A DNA stretch of 63,838 nucleotides, counting the filler, from Octopus bimaculoides (lineage: Eukaryota), in NCBI RefSeq assembly GCF_001194135.2. It is 8 parts of 8 records of this genome, joined end to end, with 100 filler letters (N's around TTAATTAATTAA, not from the genome) between each part and the next. Parts side by side here need not be neighbours in the genome. Positions count along the whole stretch, not along the records: positions 1 to 24,242 come from NC_068987.1; 7 more parts are not named here. One strand, 5' to 3'. The notes beneath the pieces are model-generated. The model searched no databases. It saw only the letters and a program-made list of their open reading frames with translations, and was not told where the DNA came from. Position 1 is the stretch's first letter, and each line of letters starts with the position of its first letter. This document shows, one piece after another, positions 1 to 12,774 of the stretch. The position numbers and the translations under genes were made by a program.

Positions 1-1816
1 TGGTGGTCGTTGCAGATTAGAGGATATAGAAATAAAAAAAAGAAGTAAAAAATAAATCAAACATATGACTTCCAAAACTATCTCCGAATTCTAGCTTCCA
101 CCCGAACACCTGTGTTATTTATTGAGGTTTTCTTAAATGGTATTCTGCTGAGAAATTAAAGTTTTCTGTTATCGTATTCTACTGCGAAATTGGAGTACCG
201 AAATTCCGATTATAGATCTCATATCAAATTACGTCCTCTGGCCAGGTGGTCCGAAGTGTGTTAATTGATTTATTGAAAAAACCTCAAGGATTTTTCATTG
301 CTATTTTCTATCCGAGAGCCATCGACCCTTAAATGATGGAAAGGAAATACAGAAGAAAAAATTGTCTATTAAATAATATAAAATAGTATAAGTTCAAGAG
401 GACAAAGAATTAGTTGTGAGTTAATCTATTCCTGTACATTAACTGAAACACCAATAGTAGATTAGAAATCAGCTATAAGATGAAGTCTTATAACATAAGT
501 ATGGCGTGGAGTGCCATCTCATTGAACAAGGAAGGTGTGATAAAAAATCGTATTTTTTTTTTTTGTATTTTATTTCTGTTTCAGTGAGGAGCAGAAATAG
601 TATTGAACGATAAAGTGTATTTATGGTCTTAGAACATTGTACTGAGTAAGATGTATGAAGTGAAGGAAGCATTGAAGAATAATAAAAAAAAAATTCTAAA
701 ACTCCATGTGGATCTAATATTTCTTTTGTGAATAACTTTATGCAAGAGCTGCTGTTTAAGAGCTCTCGAACAACGCTTAGTATTGCTTTTATTACTTTTA
801 ACTATAGCAGCAGTCTGGAAACTACTTCAGAACATAGACAGCTTCGTATGTCTTTTTGGTTGAATTCAACATTTTTGACGGAGTTAGACGGAGATCGAGT
901 TTCGAACATAAGATCTTGTGATTCTGAAACATTTTCCTAGCAAACTTTCTTCATAATGTGTTCACGTGGTTCTTAAGAATTATATCATGTAGCGCTCTTT
1001 CTTACTATCTAAAGTTTTAAATGTTGAGTTATTTAAAAATTTAAGGATGAGATTAAGAAATTAAAGCAAATATGAGAAAAGCGACTGATATTTATACTGG
1101 TTATAGATGGAATAACAGATAAATTTAGTAAAAGTTAGTTTTGAAAACTCTCAAATATTTTTGATATTTCAACTTCGAAAAATTTAAGACACATGGTCAA
1201 GACTTGCATCAATATATATTCCTCATGGAGGAAACAAATAACATTTGAATTGCATTAAATTGGAATGTTTACTGCGGAAAGGCATTTGTTCATTGATTTA
1301 TTCCAAGTTTGCGCGTGACGAAAAAACAAAATTTCCTTAAAGGCTACACCTCTCTATGCCATTTTATCAAAGCTGTTTCGATGCTCAGCTTCCTCGCTTC
1401 TCATCCTGCTGATCTATGATAAATCATGTTCTCAACTGAAATTTCCGTCTTTTTTGTCAACAACGTTGGTAATCTGAGATGATAGGAAGCATTTTAGTGG
1501 TATTTTCACCCTCCTTGAACTGTGATATTCCGAGACTTCTTTTAACGATATAGTGTATTTGGTGGAGGCTATTACTTTAAAAAATGTATTCAGAGTAAAC
1601 TAGCATTTATCACTGGTATATTTTATACGTTTTTTGAAAACGGATTCTTTCTCCCATATTTAGTTCATTAATAATCTTGCACATCTCCAGGATGCAAAAT
1701 TCTCTCCTGTATTAATATATTCAATTCAAGATAATTTCAGACATAATTGAAATACCGACATGCAATTCAAAGCTTGAAAGGAAAAGTTTATCTTCATGGA
1801 AACATTGATCTTTCAA

Positions 1817-2019
1817 AATTCGTGCGACACCCATTTCTCATGTATTTTTTGTTTTTCTAATCTGCTTCAAGTGGTTGGAAAATGTCGTATGCGTTACGTC
1901 TAATTCAGAAGCAACCGATCGAACAGTTGTGCGTAGATTGGCTTCGACTAAGGCTCTTAGTTGATAGTTGTCAACATCCGATGATCGACCACTACGCTTA
2001 TCCCCTTCAAGACTCTTGG
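1817..2019 (-). mobile_element. Mariner (Hsmar1/cecropia-like) transposase fragment, HTH region, frameshifted
   Basis: Minus strand translates SLEGDKRSGRSSDVDNYQLRALVEANLRTTVRSVASELDVTHTTFSNHLKQIRKTK, then after a frameshift EKWVSHE. This matches the mariner SLEDEERSGRP...KWVPHEL segment. Confidence 0.8.
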
Positions 2020-2023
2020 CTGC

Positions 2024-2289
2024 TTAATGTTGTTTTCACTGTCCATTTTTTCCTGTCTTGGTTTGTGCTTGCCACCTTGGAATCCTCTGTTTAGTGGGTC
2101 GATCCACTACTCAGGAAGCGACTATTCTAGAGTACAATCTGCCTTATCTTCGAAACGTCTAGTTAGAAAGGAGGCAGCTGACGAAGGAATAATTCCAAGT
2201 GGCTATCTGTTTTCCTATGTGTTCGTTCCGTTGTCTGTAGTTCATTTTTTGTAAAAACCTGTACCCTGATATGCATCTATATACACATG
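2024..2289 (+). repeat. ~265-bp interspersed element, copy A (carries CGAAACG and CTGACGA hammerhead-like motifs)
   Basis: Closely similar direct copy at 2912-3176; diverged copy at 33458-33600. Confidence 0.85.
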
Positions 2290-2409
2290 TAGATGTAAGT
2301 ATATACATATATGTGTGGATACATGCATACACATTCTTTGTATTATTATATCATCGAACGCACGCGTCCATTTGCAAGTAAGTTTTAACTTTATATTTCT
2401 GACGCGACT

Positions 2410-2421
2410 CTATCTACCTAC

Positions 2422-2479
<58 letters not shown>

Positions 2480-2572
2480 GTCTATCTATCTATCTATCTA
2501 TCTATCTATATTTCTTTCTTTCTTTCTCTATCTATCTATCTATCTATCTATCTATATTTCTTTCTTTCTTTC

Positions 2573-2629
<57 letters not shown>

Positions 2630-2655
2630 CCCTCTATCTATCTACCTATCTATCT
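2410..2655. repeat. (TATC)n/(TTTC)n compound microsatellite
   Basis: Direct reading. Confidence 0.95.
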
Positions 2656-2911
2656 TTCTTCTTACCCATTTCCCCCTCTCGCTCTGCTTCCTCCTGTTGC
2701 CCTGGCTTCTACTTCACTGCTATACACATATCTCTCTTTCTCCTTGTTACACTTCCTCCCTTTACCATCCTCTCTCCTCACGTGTGACCTATGGTTAACT
2801 CTCTCTTTTCACTCCAGCCACCATGAAGGCGAGACGAACTGTTTTTTCTCCGTCCAGCTTCGTCATATCACAAGCGTTCAATATCAGATTCGCGTTTGGC
2901 CCTACGGCTTT

Positions 2912-3176
2912 TTAATGTTGGTTTCACTATCCATTTTTCCCTGTCTTGGTTTGTGTTTGCCACCTTGGAATCCTCTGTTTAGTGGGTCGATCCACTACTC
3001 AGGAAGAGACTATTCTATAGTACGTTCTGCCTTATCTTCGAAACGCCTAGTTAGAATAGAGGCAGCTGACGAAGGAATAATTCCAAGTGGCTATCTGTTT
3101 TCCTATGTGTTCGTTCCGTTGTCTGTAGTTCATTTTTCTAACGTCCTGTACCGTGATATGCATCTATATGCACATG
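2912..3176 (+). repeat. ~265-bp interspersed element, copy B (runs into gap)
   Basis: Direct repeat of 2024-2289 with scattered substitutions. Confidence 0.85.
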
Positions 3177-3680
3177 NNNNNNNNNNNNNNNNNNNNNNNN
3201 NNNNNNNNNNNNNNNNNNNNNNNNNNNNNNNNNNNNNNNNNNNNNNNNNNNNNNNNNNNNNNNNNNNNNNNNNNNNNNNNNNNNNNNNNNNNNNNNNNNN
3301 NNNNNNNNNNNNNNNNNNNNNNNNNNNNNNNNNNNNNNNNNNNNNNNNNNNNNNNNNNNNNNNNNNNNNNNNNNNNNNNNNNNNNNNNNNNNNNNNNNNN
3401 NNNNNNNNNNNNNNNNNNNNNNNNNNNNNNNNNNNNNNNNNNNNNNNNNNNNNNNNNNNNNNNNNNNNNNNNNNNNNNNNNNNNNNNNNNNNNNNNNNNN
3501 NNNNNNNNNNNNNNNNNNNNNNNNNNNNNNNNNNNNNNNNNNNNNNNNNNNNNNNNNNNNNNNNNNNNNNNNNNNNNNNNNNNNNNNNNNNNNNNNNNNN
3601 NNNNNNNNNNNNNNNNNNNNNNNNNNNNNNNNNNNNNNNNNNNNNNNNNNNNNNNNNNNNNNNNNNNNNNNNNNNNNNNN

Positions 3681-3747
<67 letters not shown>

Positions 3748-4311
3748 TGAGAGATTTAAAAGAAGAGTCCTCTCCCTCACTAGATTGACGCTTCATTCAT
3801 TTGCATTGAGAGGTTGAAATAAGTTAATCACTCAGCATCGCATTGGCCTCTATCCAACTTCTAGAACACTCTCATTGAGTGTTCGGATACATAAGACAAT
3901 AATTAGTCTTACAGCATAGAAAACAATCTCACTATTAATGCTGCTCCGATAAAATGCATCCAGCACACTCTGTAAACTGTTTTGCATACGAACTGAGACA
4001 ATTGCAAGGTCGAAATTAGTCGTGATTTGAGATGTTGTTAGCTTACACCCCAAGGTAAACTGGTTCAGTAACAACTCACTGAAGTTAAGATTAGTGTGTA
4101 ATTTCTCAACTCCTTTCGTATCTACGGTTACTACACACACTTTCTAAGACAGAGATCGGCAACCTTTTAGAGAAAGAGAGCCAACAATCTATGTAGTGTC
4201 TCGTAGCAGGGTCGTGTTATCATATATAATATAAATAAATTTTCTCGAACTCAGATATGTCTGTTCAGAAAGCTGCCTTCGTCATTTAAACAAGGTTCTT
4301 TATTTTACTAC

Positions 4312-4450
4312 AGGGATAACAGAAAAACAACTATTAACACAATGTATAAGAGAATGCAAATTCCATATTACAAACGAAATACAGTTAGAAATGGCAAATT
4401 ATTTAAGACACTTGTTTTTGATTATTTTTTCGATAGCTTCTTCACATCAG
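4312..4450 (+). CDS. Weak candidate exon encoding a signal-peptide-like N-terminus (MANYLRHLFLIIFSIASSHQ)
   Basis: Acceptor ttttactacag ends at 4311; ATG at 4391 in a gaaATGG context; hydrophobic core; cag|gtgaaa donor at 4450/4451. No downstream exon identified. Confidence 0.2.
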
Positions 4451-5546
4451 GTGAAATATTTGTCGATGACAGAAGCAAAACCTCAAGATAAATGCTTTCA
4501 GTACACTTTATAAATTATTGCTAGGAAAAGGAGAAATCGTATAAAAATAAATAAATAAAGAGATAAATAGATAAATAAATTAGCAGAGAAGAATGGCATA
4601 CCTTTCTGATTCATCTATTCAGGTGTCAAGGAGCTTTTTTAAACAATTACCCCAAAATATATATATATATTTACGCCGACCTTACCGCCTTGATTCGAAT
4701 GGAAAAAACATCATAGTTAACCTGGAACACTTATTCTTATATAATTTTACTTATGTCTAGTGAGTCCTCATTACCCCCAAGAATTTGATTTTTAACCCAC
4801 TTGGGATAATTTAACCCGTTTCACTGACCCCTGATCTAGGTGGACAGTAGCGCCTAATATGATCTATCTTGGACATCAACCACTTAGCAAGATCGTAGAA
4901 GTCGTATAGAAGTTTTGTTGTTTTTGATTATCATAATGTTGTATATATAAAAGACGAATGAAGCAGAGCCCATAGGAGAACTTAATCCTTAATTCCCTTC
5001 AATGAGATTCCACTGAGGTCACATTTGTTTCCTGTCAGTGCACCGACATCACTGCGATAGATCTCATACTTATAACGAGGTCGATTCAATACAACTTTAG
5101 TTTTCCCTTCATATTTTGCTGATAAATACATACATACACATGAATACATACATTTATACATATCCATATAAATATATTCATATACACGTATATATATATA
5201 CACATATATNNNNNNNNNNNNNNNNNNNNNNNNNNNNNNNNNNNNNNNNNNNNNNNNNNNNNNNNNNNNNNNNNNNNNNNNNNNNNNNNNNNNNNNNNNN
5301 NNNNNNNNNNNNNNNNNNNNNNNNNNNNNNNNNNNNNNNNNNNNNNNNNNNNNNNNNNNNNNNNNNNNNNNNNNNNNNNNNNNNNNNNNNNNNNNNNNNN
5401 NNNNNNNNNNNNNNNNNNNNNNNNNNNNNNNNNNNNNNNNNNNNNNNNNNNNNNNNNNNNNNNNNNNNNNNNNNNNNNNNNNNNNNNNNNNNNNNNNNNN
5501 NNNNNNNNNNNNNNNNNNNNNNNNNNNNNNNNNNNNNNNNNNNNNN

Positions 5547-5586
<40 letters not shown>

Positions 5587-6546
5587 ATGTGTGTGTGTGT
5601 GTGTGTGTGTGTCTTTGTGTATTTTAGCAGAGGGTGTACATATTCAATAAATTTCAATTGCCTGTTTATTAAGAACTTTATGTCGTAAAAATATAATAAA
5701 AATATCGTATAAGAAATGATATATTACTTAGATACAAACATACATGCCTACATAAATATATGTCTCCATATATGTTTATATGTACATATGTATGAATATG
5801 TATCGTGCAAGTATGCGTGTGTGTACATATGTTTAGGTATGTGCATGAGAAATAGAATTATTGTTTTCTTTTCTATTTCAAAAATAGGAAACGAAATGTT
5901 GTCAATCGCTTCTTGATAGCAACCATCATTCAAAATAATGTATTTATATATGTGAATGATTTCACAGGCAATCTCCAGCTGAGTGCAGTAAAGATGCACC
6001 ATAGTTATGAATGGTGACTGAATTACATACCGGCAAAATTTTAAATTGTATAGAAATAATATTTTATTTGATAGGAAAACGAATGTCTTTGAGTAGCTAA
6101 AAGAAAATATGAACAAAAAATAACGAAATATATTTTTAAAATAAGCGAAAAGAAAATTTTCAAAAGAGTTGACTGTATATTTCTCTTCTTTCTACTCTTT
6201 TCCTTTCCCTCTCACTTTGTTGCTATTACAATCTAGCTCCTTCCCTATCTAGCTATCACTCACTGTGTAAATAGTTGTGAGAATGTGTGAATATGTATGA
6301 AGTATATCATAAAATAAAATTCATGTAAATTTTAAGCATAAGCAAAATTTGTAATGTCAAGCATATATCTTGCTGAAACGGAACTTTCGGGTCAGAAATA
6401 TAACAAATTACGCCAATTGTGCAGATCGCCCTTCAGAAATCCATAATAAAAGAGTGATTTCAAAACACAATATAAAAGACACAAAAATTCATATATATTC
6501 ACATACATATCTATACAGATACACATGTATATGTAATATATATATG

Positions 6547-6626
<80 letters not shown>

Positions 6627-7109
6627 ACACTGACACACAAATGTATGAATATATAAATGGTGATGAATTTGGAAATGCACACATCTATACAAATGTTTTG
6701 TTTGCTTTCTATAAGCGAACAACAAATGGCAAAATACAATTTGCTATTCACAATGTTATATTAGGGATGTCGTATGAATAACAAATTAGCTTCTTTAAAA
6801 GCCCCCACATCTACATAACATATATGAATGAATATATATATATTGACTTGTATGAATATAAACGTACATATATGCAAACATTTGTTCTTGTATACATACG
6901 TATATAAATAAATAAATATGTATACATATACATACGTGCATATAAGTATATATACATATATGCATGCATACACACAGACTTACTCACATACATATATATA
7001 CATACATACAATTATATACGTGAATATATATATACACATACATACACACATACACACATATATATATGTGTATTCTATATATATTTTTGTATTCTATATA
7101 TATACATAC

Positions 7110-7214
<105 letters not shown>

Positions 7215-8329
7215 CAAACATATAGGAGAATACGTTTGAGTGACAAATAGACAAAAAGTAATCAATACAGAAACAGAGTTTAGACGTTTATTGTAATTTA
7301 CATATTATTTACTTTTTAACCTGGATCCCACGAATATCACTGTTCCTGTTACTGATTGCCAGTATTTAAGAGTTGATGTTTACAACACTAGTACGTTTAG
7401 CATAGATATATGTGGATATATTTTTTCGGTCTACATCGGAATCTAGTAATAAAGTCCCTGGTATTGATAACGACGTTTTTAATTTCTAATCATTGTTACT
7501 CTGGGGTGACAATATTGTACACTTTTCATAAAATAAATTACTAACAATCAAATACATAAAATGCTTTAAAAACTACGTAGTATACATACTTACGTACATT
7601 CATATATACATAATATGTGTATATAAATACACACACACGTGTGTGCATGGGCGTGCGTGTGTGTGAGTGTGTGTGTGTGTGTGTGTATGTTTATTTGTAT
7701 GTACGTTGGTATATAATTTTTAGCTTCAATTTTTAGACATATCTGGTATCGCAATCGATTCAATATAGATCGATCTGTATCAATGAATGCTTATGTCCAA
7801 AGATACTTACGTTAAGGAAACTCCTGTTGCCTTTTTGTATATTGATATCTTCTATTAAATAAGTGATATTCTTTATTGTAGTTAAATGTATTTTATATAC
7901 TCTGGAATATTTTCAAAATTCTTCTTAACGAACAGTGGATTAACTGATTGGGTAAAGAGTTCAACAACGGATATCAATTCTTTTGGTATTCAATACTGAA
8001 ATTTTGAAGCCATATAACTTTGTGTGTGAGTGTATATAGTCGTTACTCTGCGCTGATCGTTCTTGATACATATATTACAATTTGAGTGTTGGAAATGACT
8101 GATACCTCATATTTGCTCCAGTCAAATAGTGATAAAGCGCCCAAGCTATAACTATTAGGTACTGTCATATAAGTTTCTATACGATAAAAGAGGAATGCAG
8201 GATATTTCTTAAAAAAAATTCGACGTAAATCAAAAGATATATTCTTGAGCGCCGCGCTGTTACTGAGTATAACGCAATGGTGTAGATTCGATCTAGAAAT
8301 ATTTGGGATTTAATGTATCTAATACTTAG

Positions 8330-8600
8330 CAGAAGAGAAGAATTTCTGGATTTTACTGAGTTTAAATTACGTATAACTTGTAATGCTTCATGCCGTTGCC
8401 AGTTTGTCTTAAATGGAAATACATACAAAGACAACAGATAAAAGGTTGGCATTGATAGAGAGAATGGAATATAAGTGGAAGTTTGCTGCGGGAAAATACA
8501 CCGATTTTCTCGGTTATGTAAAATCTGAAAACTGTAAAGCTTCCACCCGGCAGGTGAGAACATTGGAGAAAATGCGAAAAGTAGTACGGGATTTGCAATA
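8330..8600 (+). mobile_element. Possible highly decayed Penelope-like RT remnant
   Basis: Two frames give CQFVLNGNTYK and MEYKWKFAAGKYTDFLGYV. These loosely resemble PLE RT ...FxFNGxxYKQ...AMGTKxAPxYANxFMGYxE. Contains stops and frameshifts. Confidence 0.3.
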
Positions 8601-9325
8601 CATTTATCATATATATGTATACATGGAATTAATGTATGCATGTATGTACAGCGCGCACGCACGCACACACACATGAACACACTCACGCATATACACACAC
8701 GCGCACATACACACACATACACACACACAAACACACACACACAAATATATATATATATAATGTGTATCAGACTGTCATTGTATATCCTTCTGAATCAGGC
8801 TTTATAGGTCCCTGTCTGCAATGTGCTATCTATCTATCTATCTATCTAGCTAGCTATCGACACGCGCGCGCGCGCGCACACACACACACACACGCACACA
8901 CACACACACACGCACACACACACACACACGCACACACACACACACATGTATATAGTCACACATACGTACATTTACTCAGTTTTTGCACATATCTATATAT
9001 ATACTACTTTTGTTTGCCTGTATAGATACAACATCTGTCATAAATCTACGCTGCTGTTTGCAAATTTTGTAGAATTATCGAACTGTACTTCGCAATAAGC
9101 GCTCACCTCAAAATAAGACAGGCTGGAAATTTTTGTCATACAACTGTTGGTTCAGAACAGCAATGGCGAAAAACATCGTGAAAGTTATTGACGTTGACAT
9201 TATAGTGTTGTTATTCTTTAATTAGCTCTGAAGACAATTCTTGTTAGTGATTAAAATTATTCAAGCCATGACTTTGCAATCTACCATTCCACTATCAGGC
9301 ATGTACATTATATTTGAAAGTCGTT

Positions 9326-9505
9326 GGCGGTGAGATGTTTTGATAATTCACTGCTCTTTCAAGCAATCTGAGCGATCATGTTCTTAGTTCAAATGCTGCC
9401 GAGGTCGAGGTTACCTTTCATAAGTACCAGCTGAACACTGGGGTCGATGTAATCGATTTACATCTCGCCCGAAATTGCTGGCTTTGTGCCAAAAATTTGA
9501 AATCA
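9326..9505 (+). mobile_element. SINE family A (~200 bp, followed by (ATT)n)
   Basis: Contains gttcaaatgctgccgaggtcga...ataagtaccagctgaacactggggtcgatgtaatcg. The same family recurs several times in the window. Confidence 0.8.
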
Positions 9506-9539
9506 TTGTTATTATTATTATTATTATTATTATTAAAGA

Positions 9540-9692
9540 ATAGAAAGTTTTACAATGGTACAACAATGCACTATATACCTGTAGTCCTAGACCATTTTTT
9601 TGTTCTATAGTGCATTGTTGTACCATTCTAAAACTTTTTATTCTTTACAAACAATACCCAATACTTCAAGCGAACTACAATACTCTCCTATT
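9540..9692. repeat. Inverted-repeat element, short copy (22-bp perfect arms 9554-9575 / 9606-9627)
   Basis: aatggtacaacaatgcactata and its reverse complement flank a 30-nt spacer. Same arms and right flank as 48645-48995. Confidence 0.85.
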
Positions 9693-9693
9693 A

Positions 9694-9763
<70 letters not shown>

Positions 9764-10502
9764 AACATTGATTTGCTTCTGTTCAACAGGAATATGAACT
9801 ACGTCGATCCCGCAATCTCGCCGATGTCAGAGAGCTTTCGAAAATCATAGCATAGTCAAACCAATAGAAAAGAAATAAAAAAATAAAACAAAAATAAATA
9901 AATAACGACCACCAAATAACTGACAATGGATAGGTTGTTGGTCTCGTTGTTTAAGGTTGTTGCTGGTCTCACTGTTTAAAGTGGTGTTTAAGGTGGTGGT
10001 AATTCGGCGGTAATGCTAGAAGTCTGTGATATGAAGATGATGGCACTGGTAATGATTGTAGTGCTATGAAGACGGTGATAGTAAACTTTGTTTCTATGGT
10101 TGATGTGATAATGGTAGTAGTGGTGTTGGAGGTGATGGCAATGGGTAGAACTAAATAATTTGATCGTAATTGGCATCTTGAGAACACATATAATTTCCAG
10201 TAGCATAATGTAAGGTATGGTTAAAGCAAGTATCTTAATTGATGTAATGGAAATAGGAAGAAATGGGAAGAAATACATTTGGCAACGCCAGGTTAAAGCA
10301 ATGGAATTGGATAGTCATTCTTTCTGAAATTTATACTGCCGGAGATGCATTGCCATGTCTTCAGAATTCTATAGACAATACCAATAAATCAAACATAGAA
10401 ATAAATACAGAAATAGCGATTTTATTAAATTATTCCTAGATTGTATATCATAATGATAATGATAATGATGATGGTGATAATACTAATGTTGGGGATCCGA
10501 CG

Positions 10503-10610
<108 letters not shown>

Positions 10611-10611
10611 G

Positions 10612-10812
10612 TTTCACATTTTGGTCACAAGGGCTTCTTGCGGAGAGGAAATAACTCGATTACACCGATCTCAGTGTTCATCTGGTACTTATTTTATCGA
10701 CTCCGAAAGAATGATAGGCAACGTTGACTTCGGCGGAATGTGAACTCAGAACTTAGCGACAGGCAAAATACCGCTATTTTTTCTAGCGTGCTCACGATTC
10801 TACCAGCAGCCC
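10612..10812 (-). mobile_element. SINE family A
   Basis: Reverse complement of family A (ctggtacttattttatcgac...gacttcggcggaatgtgaactcagaac); (AAT)n tail to the left. Confidence 0.85.
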
Positions 10813-10817
10813 TCTTC

Positions 10818-10859
<42 letters not shown>

Positions 10860-10884
10860 AATAATAATAATAATAATAATAATA

Positions 10885-11412
10885 AAGGCAGTGACTCTCA
10901 TGGCTTCTGATCTTAATTGATTGCAAGTGTTATCATGTACATTGATTTGTTTTGGTATAAAAAGATGGGCTACAGCAAATATTCTGCTTAATATCACAGA
11001 TTTGCTTGTCAGTTGTTTGACCTTAACCAGTTGAGCATGTCCCTTGATGGCTAACGATATGTGCATCTCTGATCACGAGCAGAAGTCATGGGGGAGTATC
11101 ATAGCCATGTGTTGAGAGGAATTCTTTGGGGCTTGAATAATTCACATTTGGAAACATGGGTGTTTTCCTCAACATCCTTAAACAAACCTTATTCAGGGAC
11201 ATTTTGAGCGGGATGGGCCACTCAATGTGAAGAAAATTCTAACTGGGCTCCACCTGCGAGGACATGCGCTGTTTATCTTGATATGAGATCACCATGCCGC
11301 GCACACATGGTGGTGATGCATGTACCGGGTGTACCCTTATCAGACGGGTAGTCATGATGGGTATACTGGGCTTCATATATTTTACCCCAGTGTCACTTTG
11401 ATGGCATGCACT
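10885..11412. repeat. Unclassified ~530-bp interspersed repeat
   Basis: Part of it recurs in the opposite orientation at ~28745-28890 (ttaaggtcaagcaactgacaagcaaatctg). Confidence 0.7.
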
Positions 11413-11431
11413 CAATAATAATAATAATAAT

Positions 11432-11603
11432 GTTTCAAAATTTTAGCACAAGGACAGTAGTTTCGGAGGAGGGGGCTGATTCGACGAAATTTAACTGGTA
11501 CTGATTCATCAAGCCCAAAATGCAAAGTCGATCTCAGCGGAATTTGGACTCAGAAAGTAAAGCTTGATTAAATTCCATTAAGCAAACTTTCCGGTGCAGT
11601 AAC
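11432..11603 (-). mobile_element. SINE family A
   Basis: caaagtcgatctcagcggaatttggactcagaa; family A antisense. Confidence 0.75.
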
Positions 11604-11641
11604 CATTCTACCAGCTCGACACTGATAATTGGAGCGAAAAT

Positions 11642-11669
<28 letters not shown>

Positions 11670-11672
<3 letters not shown>

Positions 11673-11860
11673 CGCGTCAGACATAATACTTGGCGACATT
11701 TCTACATCCTCTTTACTTTCTGATTTCAAATGCCACCGAGGTCTACTTTGCCCATCCACACTTTTTAGTCAATAATATGAGTACTAGTTGAACGCTGAGG
11801 TCAATGTAGTCTAATTGTCCCTCCTCCGAAAATGTCTTCCCTTGTGAAAATTTAGGAAAA
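11670..11860 (+). mobile_element. SINE family A (diverged)
   Basis: tttcaaatgccaccgaggtctactttgcc...gagtactagttgaacgctgaggtcaatgta. Confidence 0.7.
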
Positions 11861-12774
11861 ATATGATTACAACAACAATACTGTAGCTACCCAAATAATA
11901 ATTTAGAATTATATTGGAGGCAAAAATGAACTAAGAAGATGAGGCAAAAACAAGGAAAATATTGACTGTGAAGTGTTCGTATCTGCCATGAATACAGAAA
12001 AGGAGAAATCTTATGCAACCAAACATTGGCTGAAAGATTACAAAACTGTTTTGTATAGAATCATGGAAAATTTCTTCAAGTAGTTAAGAAAGATGGGAAA
12101 AAATGAATAAATAAACACTGGTTTTTTTGTAAGTACGAAAGTTATGAAATAAAAAATACAGGTTGAATGAGGGTTTGTAATGAAGGGAAAGGAGAAACAC
12201 ATATACAAAAAGTGCAATGTCTAAAATTTATGGTGAAAATGGGTCTATCGAATGTCATTAGAAAGGGACAGCAAAATATAGCCCCGCGATACCCAAAACA
12301 CGAAAATACTGAATAACACAGCAGTAGACAAAGTCTAGTAAGCAAAATTTGAAGGATTTAAGGCTTATGGTCAAAATCTTACCACTGAGACCTCTTAAAA
12401 GAGTATGATGAAGCAAAATACAGTAACTGCTGAATGTAGTGGCTTGGGGGGGACGTTAACCTGTTCGTTATGAAAGAATGAGTCCTGAGCCTTCTTATCA
12501 ACAGTGCAAATCAGTGCACTGGGTCTTATAGTATTCATTTATTCAAAGCATGCTACAACATATGTAGATCAGAATTGGACCGCTAAACCCATGAGGTCTC
12601 CCAGACAATAGCCCAGTGGAACCATGCATTGGACGGCAATGAATGTGTCCATAAGCCTAACGCGGCAGCAATTCTATACCCTGGAAATTAAGAAAAGAGA
12701 CGGTATAAATATACACCAGAAATTCTCAGCAGATGGCAAAGTGATCCCTCTCTGTGATTTGTCAATAATAATCA

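Noticed and set aside
480-940. Possible Tc1-like transposase remnant (SMAWSAIS..., NDKVYL..*NIVL)
   Set aside because: Similarity is too weak, and no QQD or SPDLN motif could be found.
2315-3817. 500-aa ORF and other long ORFs spanning N-runs
   Set aside because: Made of microsatellite translation and X residues from gaps.
4150-4183. cagagatcggcaacc...gagcca, resembling a hAT/Charlie terminus
   Set aside because: No matching second end or 8-bp TSD found.
10321-10364. Other CTGANGA hits (10358, 15493, 26322, 33827, 41368, 41893, 48335, 50718, 63770)
   Set aside because: None has a stem II plus GAAA plus NUH plus stem I arrangement; several lie in SINE or LINE sequence.
11880-11990. NELRR/AKTRKILT, resembling R4/Dong RT
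   Set aside because: Too short and degenerate to call.
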